A program made the translations under genes and the position numbers. The notes under the pieces are model-generated. The model saw only the letters and a program-made list of their open reading frames with translations. It ran no database searches and had not been told where the DNA came from. Positions 12,357 through 23,935 of a stretch of 64,000 nucleotides of DNA are shown here, one piece after another. Source of the stretch: Malacoraja senta (lineage: Eukaryota); NCBI GenBank assembly GCA_038087875.1, contig CM075995.1, positions 2,048,001 to 2,112,000 of the forward strand. Direction: 5' to 3'. Each line of letters opens with the position of its first letter. The first letter of the stretch is position 1.

Positions 12357-12625
12357 TAATAGACAATAGACAATAGGTGCAGGAGTAGGCCATTCGGCCC
12401 TTCGAGCCAATCAAAGTGATCATGGATGATCATCCCCAATCAGTACCCCGTTCCTGCCTTCTCCCCTTATCCCCTCACTCTGCTATTTTTAAGAGCCCTA
12501 TCTAGCTCTCTCTTGAAAGTATCCAGAGAACCGGCCTCCATCGCCCTCTGAGGCAGAGAATTCCACAGACTCACCACTCTCTGTGAGAAAAAGTGTTTCC
12601 TCGTCTCCGTTCTAAATGGCTTATA
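12357..12625 (-). mobile_element. CR1 3' end, (CTATTGT)n-tailed subfamily
   Basis: Near-identical to copies at 16609 and 50450. Confidence 0.9.
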
Positions 12626-12990
12626 AGTTGTTCAGCTCTTCAAATCTACCCTGCAATTCAAAATTGCAGTTGATCTTATACCTTAGCATCAGTTTCTACC
12701 CTATTCCTTGATTCCTGCAATGGAATGATGCTGGCTGAGGAGGAAAGAAAATAAATATCTCAGAATAAGGAGTAGGCCATTTAGGATGTATGGGGTTATG
12801 GGGATAAGGGAGGAGAATGGGGTTAGGAGGGAGAGACTGATCAGCCTTGAATGAATGGCGGAGGTGACTTGATGGGCAGAATGGCCTAATTCTGCTCCTA
12901 TCACTTATGAACATGAATTTAGAATTTAAATGAGGAGAAATTAATAAATGCTTAGAATTCGCTATCCAAAAAAGCTATGGAACCTCAGTT

Positions 12991-14155
12991 ACATAGAAAC
13001 ATAGAAAATAGGTGCAGGAGGAGGCTATTCAGCCCTTCGAGCCAGCACCGCCATTCATTGTGATCATGGCTGATCGTCCCCTATCAATAACCCATGCCTA
13101 CCTTCTCCCCATATCCCTTGACTCCACTAGCCCCTAGAGCTCTATCTAACTCTCTCTTAAATCCATCCAGTGATTTGGCCTCCACTGCCCACTGAGGCAG
13201 AGAATTCCATAAATTCACAACTCTCTGGGTGAAAAAGTTTTTTCTCACCTCAGTCTTAAATGAGTCCCCTTTATTCTAAGACTGTGGCCCCTGGTTCTGG
13301 ACTCGCCCAACATTGGGAACATTTTTCCTTCATCTAGCTTGTCCAGTCCTTTTATAATTGTATATGTTTCTATAAGATCCCCCCTCATCCTTCTAAACTC
13401 CAGTGAATACAAGCCTAGTCTTTTCAATCTTTCCTCATATGACAGTCCCGCCATCCCAGGGATCAATCTCGGGAACCTACGCTGCACTGCCTCAATCACA
13501 AGGATGTCCTTCCTCAAATTAGGAGACCAAAACTGTACACAATACTCCAGATGTGGTCTCACCAGAGCCCTATACAACTGCAGAAGAACCTCTTTACTCC
13601 TATACTGAAATCCTCTTGTTATGAAGGCCAACATTCCATTAGCTTTCTTCACTGCCTGCTGTACCTGCACGCCAACTTTCAGTGACCGGTGTACAAGGAC
13701 ACCCAGGCCTCGCTGTACCTCTCCCTTACCTAACCTAACCCCATTGAGATAATAATCTGCCCCCTTGTTTTTGCCGCCAAACTGGATAACCTCACATTTA
13801 TCTATATTATACTGCATCTGCCATGCATCTGCCCACTCACTCAACCTGTCCAGGTCACCCTGCAACCTCCTAATATCCTCTTCACAGTTCACACTGCCAC
13901 CCAGCTTTGTGTCATCCGCAAACCTGCTAGTGTTGCTCCTAATATATGGTAAACAGTTGCGGCCCCAACACTGAGCCTTGCGGCACTCCACTCGCCACTT
14001 CCTGCCATCCTGAAAAGGACCCGTTCACTCCTACTCTTTGCTTCCGGTCTGCCAACCAATTTTCTATCCATGTGAACACCCTACCCCCAATACCATGTGC
14101 TCTAATTTTAGTCACCAGTCTCCCGTGCGGGACCTTATCAAAGGCTTTCTGAAAG
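12991..14155 (-). mobile_element. CR1/HER1 LINE, RT to 3' UTR, 5' truncated
   Basis: 248 aa ORF: FADDTKLGG..LQGDLDRL..LYRALVRPHLEYCVQFWSP..RRMRGDLIETY; FQKAFDKVPH at 5' edge; (TTCTATGT)n tail. Confidence 0.95.
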
Positions 14156-14275
14156 TTTCGAAGTTATTAAAGGATTATTGTTTTGAATGAACTCAAAGAC
14201 CGAGTCTCAGCCATTTAAGGGAGAGTGTTTCATGGATTTATCTCACTGAAGAAAATTCATCTAATTACATTAGTT

Positions 14276-14503
14276 TAGCACTATCCTATGCACTAGGGAC
14301 AATTTATAATTTAACCTGAATCAATTAACCTACAAACCTTCATATTTTGGAATGTGAAAGGAAACCGAAGCACCCGAGAAAACCCACATGGTCACGGGAG
14401 AGAACGTACAAACTCTGTACAGACAGCACCCGTAGTCAGGATCGAACACGGCTCTCTGACGCTGTAAGGCAGCAACTCTACCACTGCGCCACCGTGCCGC
14501 CCC
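14276..14503 (-). mobile_element. HE1-like V-SINE, tail missing
   Basis: Reverse-strand tRNA head and V-domain. Confidence 0.85.
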
Positions 14504-15289
14504 TACACTCTAACTGACCTACTCCTCATTCAGGGACAAAGGCCTGTACCTTGATATTCAGTCAGCATTCCCCTATCCCCACCTCTGCTCATCCTGCATT
14601 TACCCTGTTGAATCCCCTAAATATTTGCCTGTCTCAACCAGGTCACTTCTCATTCTCATTCACGCAATCTCCCCTCCCGAGGAACCAGGCTGGGGAATCT
14701 TTGTTGCACTAAAGGTCAATCAATCTCAAGGGTTGTGATGAGCTGCATTTCAAAGTATTACACGGGGTAGTTCAGAGATGGTGAACCATTTTGGTTCTCA
14801 CCTTTTACAACTGATTTCTGCATGTTGCCTGTAGAGTGGAGAATAGCAAATGTGACTGTTCTATTTAAAAAAGGAGGGAACCACCAACCTGTTGGCCTAA
14901 CATCAGTAGTAGGGAAGATGCTGATATTTATGTTGAAGGATATTAGAATGAAAAAGTGAGGAATGAATAATAGAACTGGTCATCATTATTGATATATGAA
15001 AGAGAAATCACGTTTGAGTGATCTACTGAGGCATGACTGTGGCAAAGCCAGTGATTATGGTGTGTTTGAATATTCAGCATGCATTTTATAAAAACACAAA
15101 GTGGTAGAAAATCTTAGCAGGTCAGGCAGCCTCTCTGGAGTGAATGAACAGGGGATGTTTCGAATAATAAGTTCTAGGAGCAGAATTAGGCCATTCAGCC
15201 CATCAAGTCAACACCACCAGAGCTGATTTATCTTTCTCTCAACCCCATTCTGTTGAGAGAAAGATAAATCAGCTCTAAATGCGCCATCT

Positions 15290-15620
15290 GGCGACAGATG
15301 GCACAATGGGCTAAGTGTTCGGCTGGCAACCGGAAGGTAGCCGGTTCGAATCCCGCTTGGAGTGCATACTGTCGTTGTGTCCTTGGGCAAGACACTTCAC
15401 CCACCTTTGCCTGCGTGTGAATGTGTGTGAATGTGTGTGAGTGATTGGTGGTGGTCGGAGGGGCCGTAGGCGCAGATTAGCAGCCACGCTTCCGTCAGTC
15501 TGCCCCAGGGCAGCTGTGGCTACAGAAATAGCTCACCACCACCGAGTGTGACTGAGGAGTGAATGAATAATGCGATGTAAAGCGCCTTGAGTATTAGAAA
15601 GGCGCTATATAAATCCCATC

Positions 15621-15650
<30 letters not shown>
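15290..15650 (+). mobile_element. tRNA-derived CORE-type SINE with L2-type tail (AFC-like), young-looking
   Basis: A box TGGCACAATGG, perfect B box GGTTCGAATCCC 15343-15354, CORE-like GTGTCCTTGGGCAAGACACTT, tail TGTAAAGCGCCTTGAG..AAGGCGCTATATAAAT then (ATT)n. Confidence 0.88.
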
Positions 15651-15652
<2 letters not shown>

Positions 15653-15704
15653 TCCTGTAAATCTGTCAATCTCCGCCTTAAAAATATCCATTGACTTGGC
15701 CTTC

Positions 15705-15870
15705 CATATCTCCAGTATCCCTCTCCCCTGACTCTAAGTCTGAAGAAAGGTCTCGACCCAAAACGATACCAATTCCTTCTCTCCAGAGATACTGCCAGTT
15801 CTGGTGAGTTACTCTAGCATTTTGTGTTTATCTTCAGTGTAAACCAGCATCGGCAGTTCCTTCCTACACC
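15705..15870 (+). mobile_element. Penelope terminal-repeat fragment
   Basis: GTCTGAAGAAAGGTCTCGACCC..TCCTTCTCTCCAGAGAT..GCAGTTCCTTCCTACAC. Confidence 0.8.
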
Positions 15871-16429
15871 TTCTGCACAATTTCCATGTTAGCTGTGTAC
15901 AATTACATTTTTGAAGAACTATTTATTCCTGGTAGAAGTAAAGCAGGTTAATATTCCAAGCTTGCTCTAACTGTTGAAAATCACAGTCAAACAGTCAAAG
16001 ATTTCCTTGTAAAGTCTAAAGCATTTTAGGAATGTCTCAATCAGCTTATCAAAACAGTGAATGAAGGACAGATCAGGCTGTACCCACTTGAACACTCATA
16101 AATATCAAACAATAAATTGTAGATTTTATCCATCTCTACTTGTACTGTATTAAGACAGACCAATTAGGGTCTGATGCCCAAATTGATGAAGTGCAACTTT
16201 TCCTGAAGCAGGTTTTCTACCACCAGCCAAGAATTACTCTGAGCAATCAATACTGTATGCGAGTAACATTTTCATCCTTGCGCTAACTAATAGAGAGTGT
16301 GATAAAAAGTCAGTGCAAATGAATTTACAAAAACTTTTATTGTCATTAATGTGTGCTGATAAGAGTAAATAATGAGAAACATTTCCATCTGCAGGAGGAT
16401 TAGTAATTTGGGAGCAGTAATGTAGTTAC

Positions 16430-17190
16430 TATAACATTCTTAAGGGATTGGGCAGGTTGGATGCAGGAAAAATGGTCCCGATGTTGAGGGAGTCCAGAAC
16501 CAGGGGTCACAGTTTAAGAATAAGGGGTAGTCCATTTAGGACTGAGATGGGAAAAGCTTTTTCACACAGAGAGTTGTGAATCTGTGGAATTCTCTGCCAC
16601 AAAAGGCAATATACAATAGACAATAGGTGCAGGAGAAGGCCATTCGGCCCTTCGAGCCAGCACCGCCATTCAATGTGATCATGGCTGATCATCCCCAATC
16701 AGTACCCCGTTCCTGCCTTCTCCCCATATCCCCTGACTCCGCTATTTTTAAGAGCCCTATCTAGCTCTCTCTTGAAAGCATCCAGAGAACCTGCCTTCAC
16801 CGCCCTCTGAGGCAGAGAATTCCACAGACTCACCACTCTCTGTGAGAAAAAGTGTTTCCTCGTCTCCGTTCTAAATGGCTTACTCCTTATTCTTAAACTG
16901 TAGCCCCTGGTTCTGGACTCCCCCAACATCGGGAACATGTTTCCTGCCACTAGCGTGTCCAAACCCTTAACAATCTTATATGTTTCAAGGCAGTGGAGGT
17001 CAATTCACTGGATGTTTTCAAGAGAGAGTTGGATATAGCTCTAGGGCTAATGGAATCAAGGGATATATGGGGAGAAAGCAGGAACGGGGTACAGATTTTG
17101 GATGATCAGCCATGATCATATTGAATGGTGGTGCTGGCTCGAAGGGCCGAATGGCCTATTCCTGCACCTATTTTCTATGTTTCTATGTTT
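16430..17190 (+). mobile_element. CR1 3' end containing an antisense CR1 insertion (16609-16986)
   Basis: AAGGCA duplicated at 16603-16608 and 16987-16992; inner ORF FFSQRVVSLWNSLPQRAV. Confidence 0.9.
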
Positions 17191-17419
17191 AGTTACGAAG
17201 AAAAAGAAATCATGCATTTATAGCATATAAATTTCTATGGCATAAAATTAAAATTAATGCCACCACACAACAGGTTTTCTTGTTACAGAAATGCTAACCC
17301 GATGTTCTCAACATATCAAAACGTAACTGATCATTTACTACTTAATGCACATTAACTCTTACCAGGTCGCCCTGCATATGTACCACTGCCATGTTATCTG
17401 TCACATTAGGGGTGTTAAG

Positions 17420-17772
17420 GTACAGAATAATGAAAGGCATAGATAGAGTGGATGGGAAAACTGGTAGTAGAGTTTAGGACCAGAGGTCAAAGCCTCAGAA
17501 GAAAAGGATGTAACTTTAGAAATGAAATGAGGTGTTTTGTTTTATTCAGAGGATGGTGAATCTGAGGAACTCATTGCCACAGAGGGCTGTGGAGGCCAAG
17601 TCAGTGGATATTTTTAAGGCAGAGATAGACAGATTCTTGATTGGAACAGGTCAAGGGTAATGGGGAAAAGGCAGAAAAATGGGATTAGGATGCAGAGATC
17701 AGCCATGATTGAATGGCGGAGTGGACACGATGGGCCGAATAGCCTAATTCTACTCCTATAACTTGTGAACTT
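17420..17772 (+). mobile_element. CR1 3' end
   Basis: GGTGAATCTG.GGAACTCATTGCCACAGAGGGCTGTGGAGGC and 3' UTR. Confidence 0.85.
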
Positions 17773-17826
17773 GTTACATGGTTACAAAACCATGAAGCCA
17801 CATCTAGCCCAACTGCTGAAGCTTGT

Positions 17827-18480
17827 GGGCGGGACAGTGGCACAGTGGTAGAGTTGCTGCCTCACATTGCCAGAGACCCAGGTTCGATCTTGACTACTGG
17901 TACTGATGTTGTGGAGTTTGTACATCCACCGTGACTGTTTTGACTGGTGCTCCGGTTTCATCCCACATTCTAAAGAGGTGCAGGTTTGTAGGTGAATTGG
18001 TTTCTGTAAATTACCCCAAGTGTGTATAATGCAAAACTGGGATAGCATAGAACTAGTGATGGTAGACAAAAATGCTGGAGAAACTCAGCGGGTGCGGCAA
18101 CATCTATGGAGCAAAGAAAATAGGCAACCATTCGGGCCGAAACCCTTCTTCGGCCGAAACGTTGCCTATTTCCTTCGATCCATAGATGCTGCCGCACCCG
18201 CTGAGTTTCTCCAGCATTTTTGTCTACCTTTGATTTTCCAGCATCTGCAGTTCCTTCTTGAACATAGCACTAGTGATCATTGGTCAGCGTGGACTCAGTG
18301 TGCCAAAGGGCTTGAAGAAGGGTCTCGACCCGAAACGTCACCCATTCCTTCTCTCTAGAGAAGCTGCCTGTCCCGCTGAGTTACTCCAGCATTTTGTGTC
18401 TGCCTTCGATTTAAACCAGCATCTGCAGTTCATTCCTACAGGGGCTTGTTTCCAAGCTGTATCTCTAAAATTAAAACTAA
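17827..18480 (+). mobile_element. HE1-like SINE interrupted by two Penelope-repeat insertions (18061-18262 and ~18312-18440)
   Basis: SINE head at 17827 and tail at 18441; first insert flanked by CATAG(A/C)ACTAGTGAT at 18046-18060 and 18263-18277. Confidence 0.85.
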
Positions 18481-19119
18481 AATTTCTTCATTTCTTTAAT
18501 AGATTTGATCGAACTTTCACCATCCACAAACTACATGCACCAACTCAATTACAAAAGGAGCTAGGCATGGGAAGGAGCGGAATTTAGTAAATGAATATTG
18601 ATACCTAATATTTATTATGTATTAAGGTGTATTAAATGAAAAACTATTAATCTCTGAGGCTGGAAATTGGACTGCATTGATTACCAATTTTAAAATAAAT
18701 TATCCCAATGAGAAAGTTAATATAAAAGTGCAGGAAAGTTGCACAATAACGGTAAGCAGCATTTTATAATTGGACACCCTTTTGTTTAACTCGATCTATA
18801 ATCCATTCATCAGAGTAGTTCAGATTCTGCTAACAGAAACAGAACAGTGTTCCTAAAATATTCAAGACTGATTAATCCACTATCTGCTACTAATGTTTTT
18901 CAATAGAATTCAGAGGCTCCAGAATAAATATTTTGACAACAAAATATCTGCAAATGGCCAACAGAAAGTTGTGCAATTTATCAAACTTGAATTGCATGTT
19001 GGAACCCAATTCCATTGTAGTTAAATATGTGCAAACTACCACTGTCCAAACTAACTCTGAAATATTAATCACAGCAACACTTTGGGATAGTTTAGCTCAA
19101 ATTTAGTTTTAGGTGTGGG

Positions 19120-19360
19120 GGGGGGGTGAAATTTAATAGGAACCTGAGGGACTTTATTCCCACAAAGGGTGGTGGGTGTATGGAACGAGCTGCTGGAGGA
19201 GGTAGCTGAGGCAGGGACTATCGCAACAATTAAGAAGCATTTAGTGAGGTACATTGATAGGAAAGGTTTAAGATAAGGGTCAAATGCAGGCAGGTGAAAC
19301 TAGTGTAGATAGTGGTCGGCGTGGACAAGTTGGGCTGAAGGGCCTGTTTCCACGCTGTAT
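19120..19360 (+). mobile_element. CR1 3' end
   Basis: QRVVGVWNELLEEVAEAGT-like segment plus SINE-shared tail. Confidence 0.85.
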
Positions 19361-19828
19361 ATTTACTTCTTTGTTACTTATGTTGCTTTCTGCATGGCTA
19401 ATACTGAACCTTCCCCCTACTTCTGTTTGAAAGACTTACTGTTCTGAACATTTTCAATGTAAACAATCAAAAGCATATAGTAATATTTGCAGTCACTTTT
19501 GAATACCCAAACCTAAACAAGTTTGAATCACCAAAACAAAACATATAAAGACTCCCTTTTTTTTGTAATTGGACTAAGAAATGCTCAGGATTATAAAGTA
19601 TCTACTGGTGGGATTTGTCAGGTTTGGTTTTGATTCAGCATAACTGGTGACGACAAAATGTGAATTGAGTGGGTTGGAGAGAAGTGGGTGAGAGTTTACT
19701 GGTCATGTGCATTGGATTTTGCAAATGCCCCACACAGCAATGGCATCTCCACTTAAAGGTTACGATGTTGAGCTGAACCAAATAGGGAGGGAGAGAAATA
19801 TATTTATTATTGTGGTGAAAAACCTATT

Positions 19829-20285
19829 AAGTAAGTAAGTAAGTAATCTCTTTATTGTCATTGCACTATGGTACAACGAAATTTAAAAGTCAATCCCACG
19901 GTGCGATTCACAAGAGCAATTTTAAATATATAAGAAAAGGTAAAAATATATACATATTTAAAAAAATTACAGATAAATAACAATAGCAGCTGAGGTAGAA
20001 CCATTCAGTTGAATGTGAGTGTTATTTCTTATTTTGCATTGTTAAGTTCACGTATGGCTATGGGGTAGAAGCTGTCTCTGAGTCTGTTTGTGCGAGTTTT
20101 GAAAGACCTGTACCGTCTGCCAGAGGGCAGCAGGTGGAACAGGTTGTGTCCAGGGTGGGAAGGGTCCTTCAGGATGTTGGCTGCCCTGCCAAGGCAGCGA
20201 GCTGAAGATGTCCTTCAGGGAGGGCAGTGGGCAGCCAGTGATTTTTTGTGCGGTGTTGATGACCCTTTGAAGGGCCTATTGTCTG
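19829..20285 (-). mobile_element. Rex1/Babar-like LINE 3' end
   Basis: Minus strand encodes LLPSGRRYRSFKTRTNRLRDSFYPIAIRELN; (ACTT)n tail. Confidence 0.82.
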
Positions 20286-20550
20286 AATGCTATAAATTGG
20301 TGTTCTCATTCCGTTTGGAATCTATCCACTGTGGTATATTAACATGCTCCTTTTAAATCTCCCTTTGAATGAATTCAGTCTATGCTACTTCTTCGGCCTT
20401 CATTTTAGTTCCATATTTTGTCATCTCACTGTACAAAATGAATTCCAGTTTTCCTCATCACTATAGGCTGAAGGGTTTGTGGGCATTGTGGGCCTGTTCC
20501 TGTGCTAGTTCATAGTTTGGTTCATAGTTCCTGTGCTAATTCACAGTTCA

Positions 20551-20808
20551 TAGTTTAGTTTAGTTTACTTTAGAGATACAGCGCTGAAACAGGCCCTTTG
20601 TCCCATCGAATCTGCACTGACCAGCGATCTCCGTACACTAGCACTATCCTCCACACTAGGGAGAATTTACAATTTTTACCAAAGCCAATTAACCTACAAA
20701 CCTGTACGTCTTTGGAGTATGGGAGGAAACCGGAGCACCTGGGAAAAACGTACAAACTCCGTAACGACAGCACCAGTAGACAGGACCAACTCTAATGCTG
20801 TGCCACCT
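20551..20808 (-). mobile_element. HE1-like V-SINE
   Basis: Matches family consensus seen in window. Confidence 0.85.
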
Positions 20809-21468
20809 TTCATTTTTATACTGTGCACTTTGGGACAGGTGGACCAGGTTCATGATGTTACTTATTATGGGCAAGTTACGTAACCTTGTAGCAGATGTTA
20901 CACCTCATGTTAAGAACCCCATAATTAAAGCAGCCGCAGATTTTTCTTAAAGCATGTCCACAGTCACTTGGATGAAACCATAAGAAGCATCTCAGAGATG
21001 TAGCCTTACATTTGCTAAGTAAAAGATATTTCACAAGAGTGGTTCTCGGAAATGTTTCAAACCTTTAATCCATTTCTCCCTGTAAATAAGTTATGCACCA
21101 CCAAAGTTAAAAATGGCTGCTGAGGTCATGCTCCAGTACAAATGTTCTATCAGTTCCAGTTAAATTTTAGGCATTTGATCCCATATATGACCGCAATAGA
21201 TACTCTACGATAGGCAAAACATCATCTATCATTACAAATAATCAGACACCAAACATACACAAGTGTACAAAATCTTACAAATTCCAAATAACGTTGACAC
21301 AATAAACATTACAAAAATCCAACTGGCAATCATCCATATAGTAAATATCCAGAACATAAAAACTTTCTTTGTTGAAGAAGATTGCTCATGTAATCTTCAA
21401 TCCATTTGTGAACCATGTTTTCTGGCTATCGATTCTCTGCTACAGAACACAATTTATTATTTTCAGAA

Positions 21469-21680
21469 TGTGTTAAAAGGGACTGCAGATACTGGTTGAT
21501 ACCATAGACACAAAGTGCAGGAGTAACTCAGTGGGTCAGGCAGCATCCCTGGAGAAAAGGATGGGGTGACATTTCGGGTTGGGTCTGAAGAAGAGTCTCG
21601 ACCCGAAACGTCACCCCTCCTTTTTCTCCACAGATGCTGCCTGACCCGCCGAGTTACTCCAGCACTTTGTGTCTATCTTG
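21469..21680. mobile_element. Palindromic Penelope-derived mini-element with 16 bp TSD
   Basis: TTTATTATTTTCAGAA at 21453-21468 and 21681-21696; ~75 bp inverted arms. Confidence 0.88.
21581..21616 (+). ncRNA. Minimal type I hammerhead ribozyme motif (putative)
   Basis: GGGT-CTGAAGA-AGAGTCTCGACCC-GAAA-C-GTC|ACCC: core CUGANGA and GAAA, GUC site 21610-21612, stem I GGGT/ACCC. Confidence 0.65.
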
Positions 21681-21756
21681 TTTATTATTTTCAGAACCCT
21701 TTTAACTTTATTTATGTTTTCTCCATTTAGAACAATTGCACCTTCTTCAATTTTAA

Positions 21757-22132
21757 GGGCTGTCCCACTGCAGCAACTTAATTGGCGAGTTTAGAAGATT
21801 AGGAGAGTTAGAAAAAGTATCATGTTGAAGACCTCCTTCGACTATGTTGAAGACTAGCTTCGATTACCTTCGACTACCTTCGATTACCTTCGACTACCCT
21901 CGATTACCTACGAATAGCCTACTACCACCTTATTTTTACTCACGGGCTTTTTTCAGCATGTTGAAAAATACGCCGCGACCTAGCTGAGGCCTCGAGTACA
22001 CGGGGACTACTCTCCAGCATGAAGGAGAGTTACAAAGACCTCCTAGGACCTCGTGTCGACCATGCTGCGAGTATGAGTCGAGGGCAAACTCTTCTAAACT
22101 CGCCAATTAGGTCACCGCAGTGGGACAGCCCC
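21757..22132. mobile_element. MITE with ~42 bp TIRs and TTAA flanks
   Basis: GGGCTGTCCCACTGC..TAATTGGCGAGTTTAGAAGA and its reverse complement; TTAA at 21753-21756 and 22133-22136; internal 10 bp tandem CTTCGA(C/T)TAC. Confidence 0.88.
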
Positions 22133-22637
22133 TTAACCTTCCCTCTAAAAACTCCAATCCCTGGGATCATGCTGATAACTTCACTCCACATCCTTTTTAA
22201 CAGAGTGGTGACCAAAACCACTCGCTACGCTCTATTTGTTGCCTTATCAACTGTACTCCGCATGGTGGATTGTTTTACTTGATTGTATCTTGAGATTGTT
22301 TAATAATCTTGTGCTTGACCACAGTGCTTTGGAAGAAAGTAGTGTAATCATTTGCAACAGAACTAACTTCATTGAGTCAATCCAACTCTTCCATGCCAAG
22401 CAAGAAGCCCCATCTAAGCTAGTCCCATTTGCCCACATTTCACCCATCTATCTATATAATTAAAAGTCTCATTTTAACCACTTCCTGTCTGCGCTGTATA
22501 TTGATTTTTGAAAAAACACTACCCTGTATCGCTGTGATTTTTTGGCCATCTTACTCACAGTGCTCCTCCTGAGGATTTTTCCCATCGATGAAAAATAAAA
22601 AAGTTATGAGTGTTTTTAAAAACCTTGAGATCAGCTG

Positions 22638-22731
22638 ATTGGTCCTCTCGCATCTCAATCACCGCGATGAAGATAACGCCCTTTCCCGGGGGGCGGACTA
22701 TAAAACCCCGGATGTCTGGACGTGAGTCAGT
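22638..22731 (+). promoter_or_regulatory. Candidate Pol II core promoter inside the Helitron
   Basis: ATTGG 22638-22642, GGGCGG 22691-22696, TATAAAA 22699-22705, Inr TCAGT with A at 22729 (30 nt after the TATA T). Confidence 0.55.
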
Positions 22732-22980
22732 CACTCTGCAAGATCGCGAGGGAGAGGCCACGACTGTCATTCTAATCTGTGAATCAACTGAACTGTGAGT
22801 CTGCAATGTACTTGCAATAAATGATTTGTTAGCCCTTAATGACAATGCCTTGAGTTGTTTGGCCTGCTGAATTGCACTTTCAAGCCTGTGCTTGAAAGTG
22901 CAATGCTTAATTGGAAATGAAATGAAATGACAATGCCATGAGTTGTTTGGCCTGCTGCCCTGCCTGTGCTTGAAACTGCA

Positions 22981-23230
22981 ATGCTTTATTAGGTCCGACT
23001 ATGTTTGGAAGGAATAAATGCTTTATTAGGTCCAACTGTGTTTGGAAGGAATAAATGCTTTATTAGGTCCGACTGTGTTTAGTCCAAAAGTCCTGCTCAT
23101 TTTGTGACTTCCACTTAGTGGACAGGTCGCGCTGATTGCATAATTTCCGGTGAGTGCAGAGGTTGCGCTGATTGCGTAATTTTCGGTAAGTGCAGAGGTC
23201 ACGCTGATTGCGGAAGTGCCGCTGACTGCA
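22981..23230. repeat. Two minisatellites in the Helitron: 37 bp x2.7 and 36 bp x~3
   Basis: ATGCTTTATTAGGTCC at 22981, 23018, 23055; GCTGATTGC at 23131, 23167, 23203. Confidence 0.9.
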
Positions 23231-23300
23231 GAAGCCCCATAGTGGAGCGGCCGCGCTCAGCCATGTAAGTAGATTCAAGAAAGTTTACTGTCATATATAT

Positions 23301-23935
23301 TGTGTGTGTATGTGTGTGTGTGTGTGGGTGTGTGAGCGTGAGTGAATGCATGTATGTAAGTGTATGTGTGTGTGAGTGTATGTGTGTATGTGTGTGAATG
23401 TGTGTGTGAATGTGTGTGTGAGTGTATGTGTGTGTGTGAGTTTATGTGTGTGCGTGTATGTGTGTGTGTGTGTAAGTGTATGTGTGTATGTGTGTGTGTT
23501 TGAGTGTATGCATGTGAGTGTATGTGTGTGTGTGAGTGTATGTGTGTGTGAATGTGTGTGTGAGTGTATGTGTGTGTGTGTGTAAGTGTATGTGTGTATG
23601 TGTGTGTGTGTGTGTATGTGTGTGTGTTTGAGTGTATGCATGTGAGTGTATGTGTGTGTGTGTGAGTGTATGTGTGTGTGTGAGTGTATGTGTGTGTGTG
23701 AGTGTATGCATGTGAGTGTATGTGTGTGCGTGAGTGTATGTGTGAGTGTATGTGTGTGTGTGTGAGTGTATATGTGTGTGTGTGTGAGTGTATGTGTGTG
23801 TGTGTGAGTGTATGTGTGTGGGTGTATGTGTGTGTGTGAGTGTATGTGCATGTGTGTGTGTGAGTGTGTGTGAGTGCATGTGTGTGTGTACATGTATGTG
23901 TGTGAGTGTATGTGTGTGTGTGTGTGTGTGTGTGC
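23301..23935. repeat. Compound (TG)n microsatellite
   Basis: ~635 bp of TG with GAGTGTAT interruptions; explains the HT/VC-repeat ORFs. Confidence 0.97.

Noticed and set aside
15290..15362. Genuine tRNA gene
   Set aside because: The acceptor stem is not evident and the sequence continues into a SINE body and tail.
22981..23230. 36-37 bp repeats as a CRISPR array
   Set aside because: Units are directly tandem with no unique spacers; the context is eukaryotic with no cas genes.
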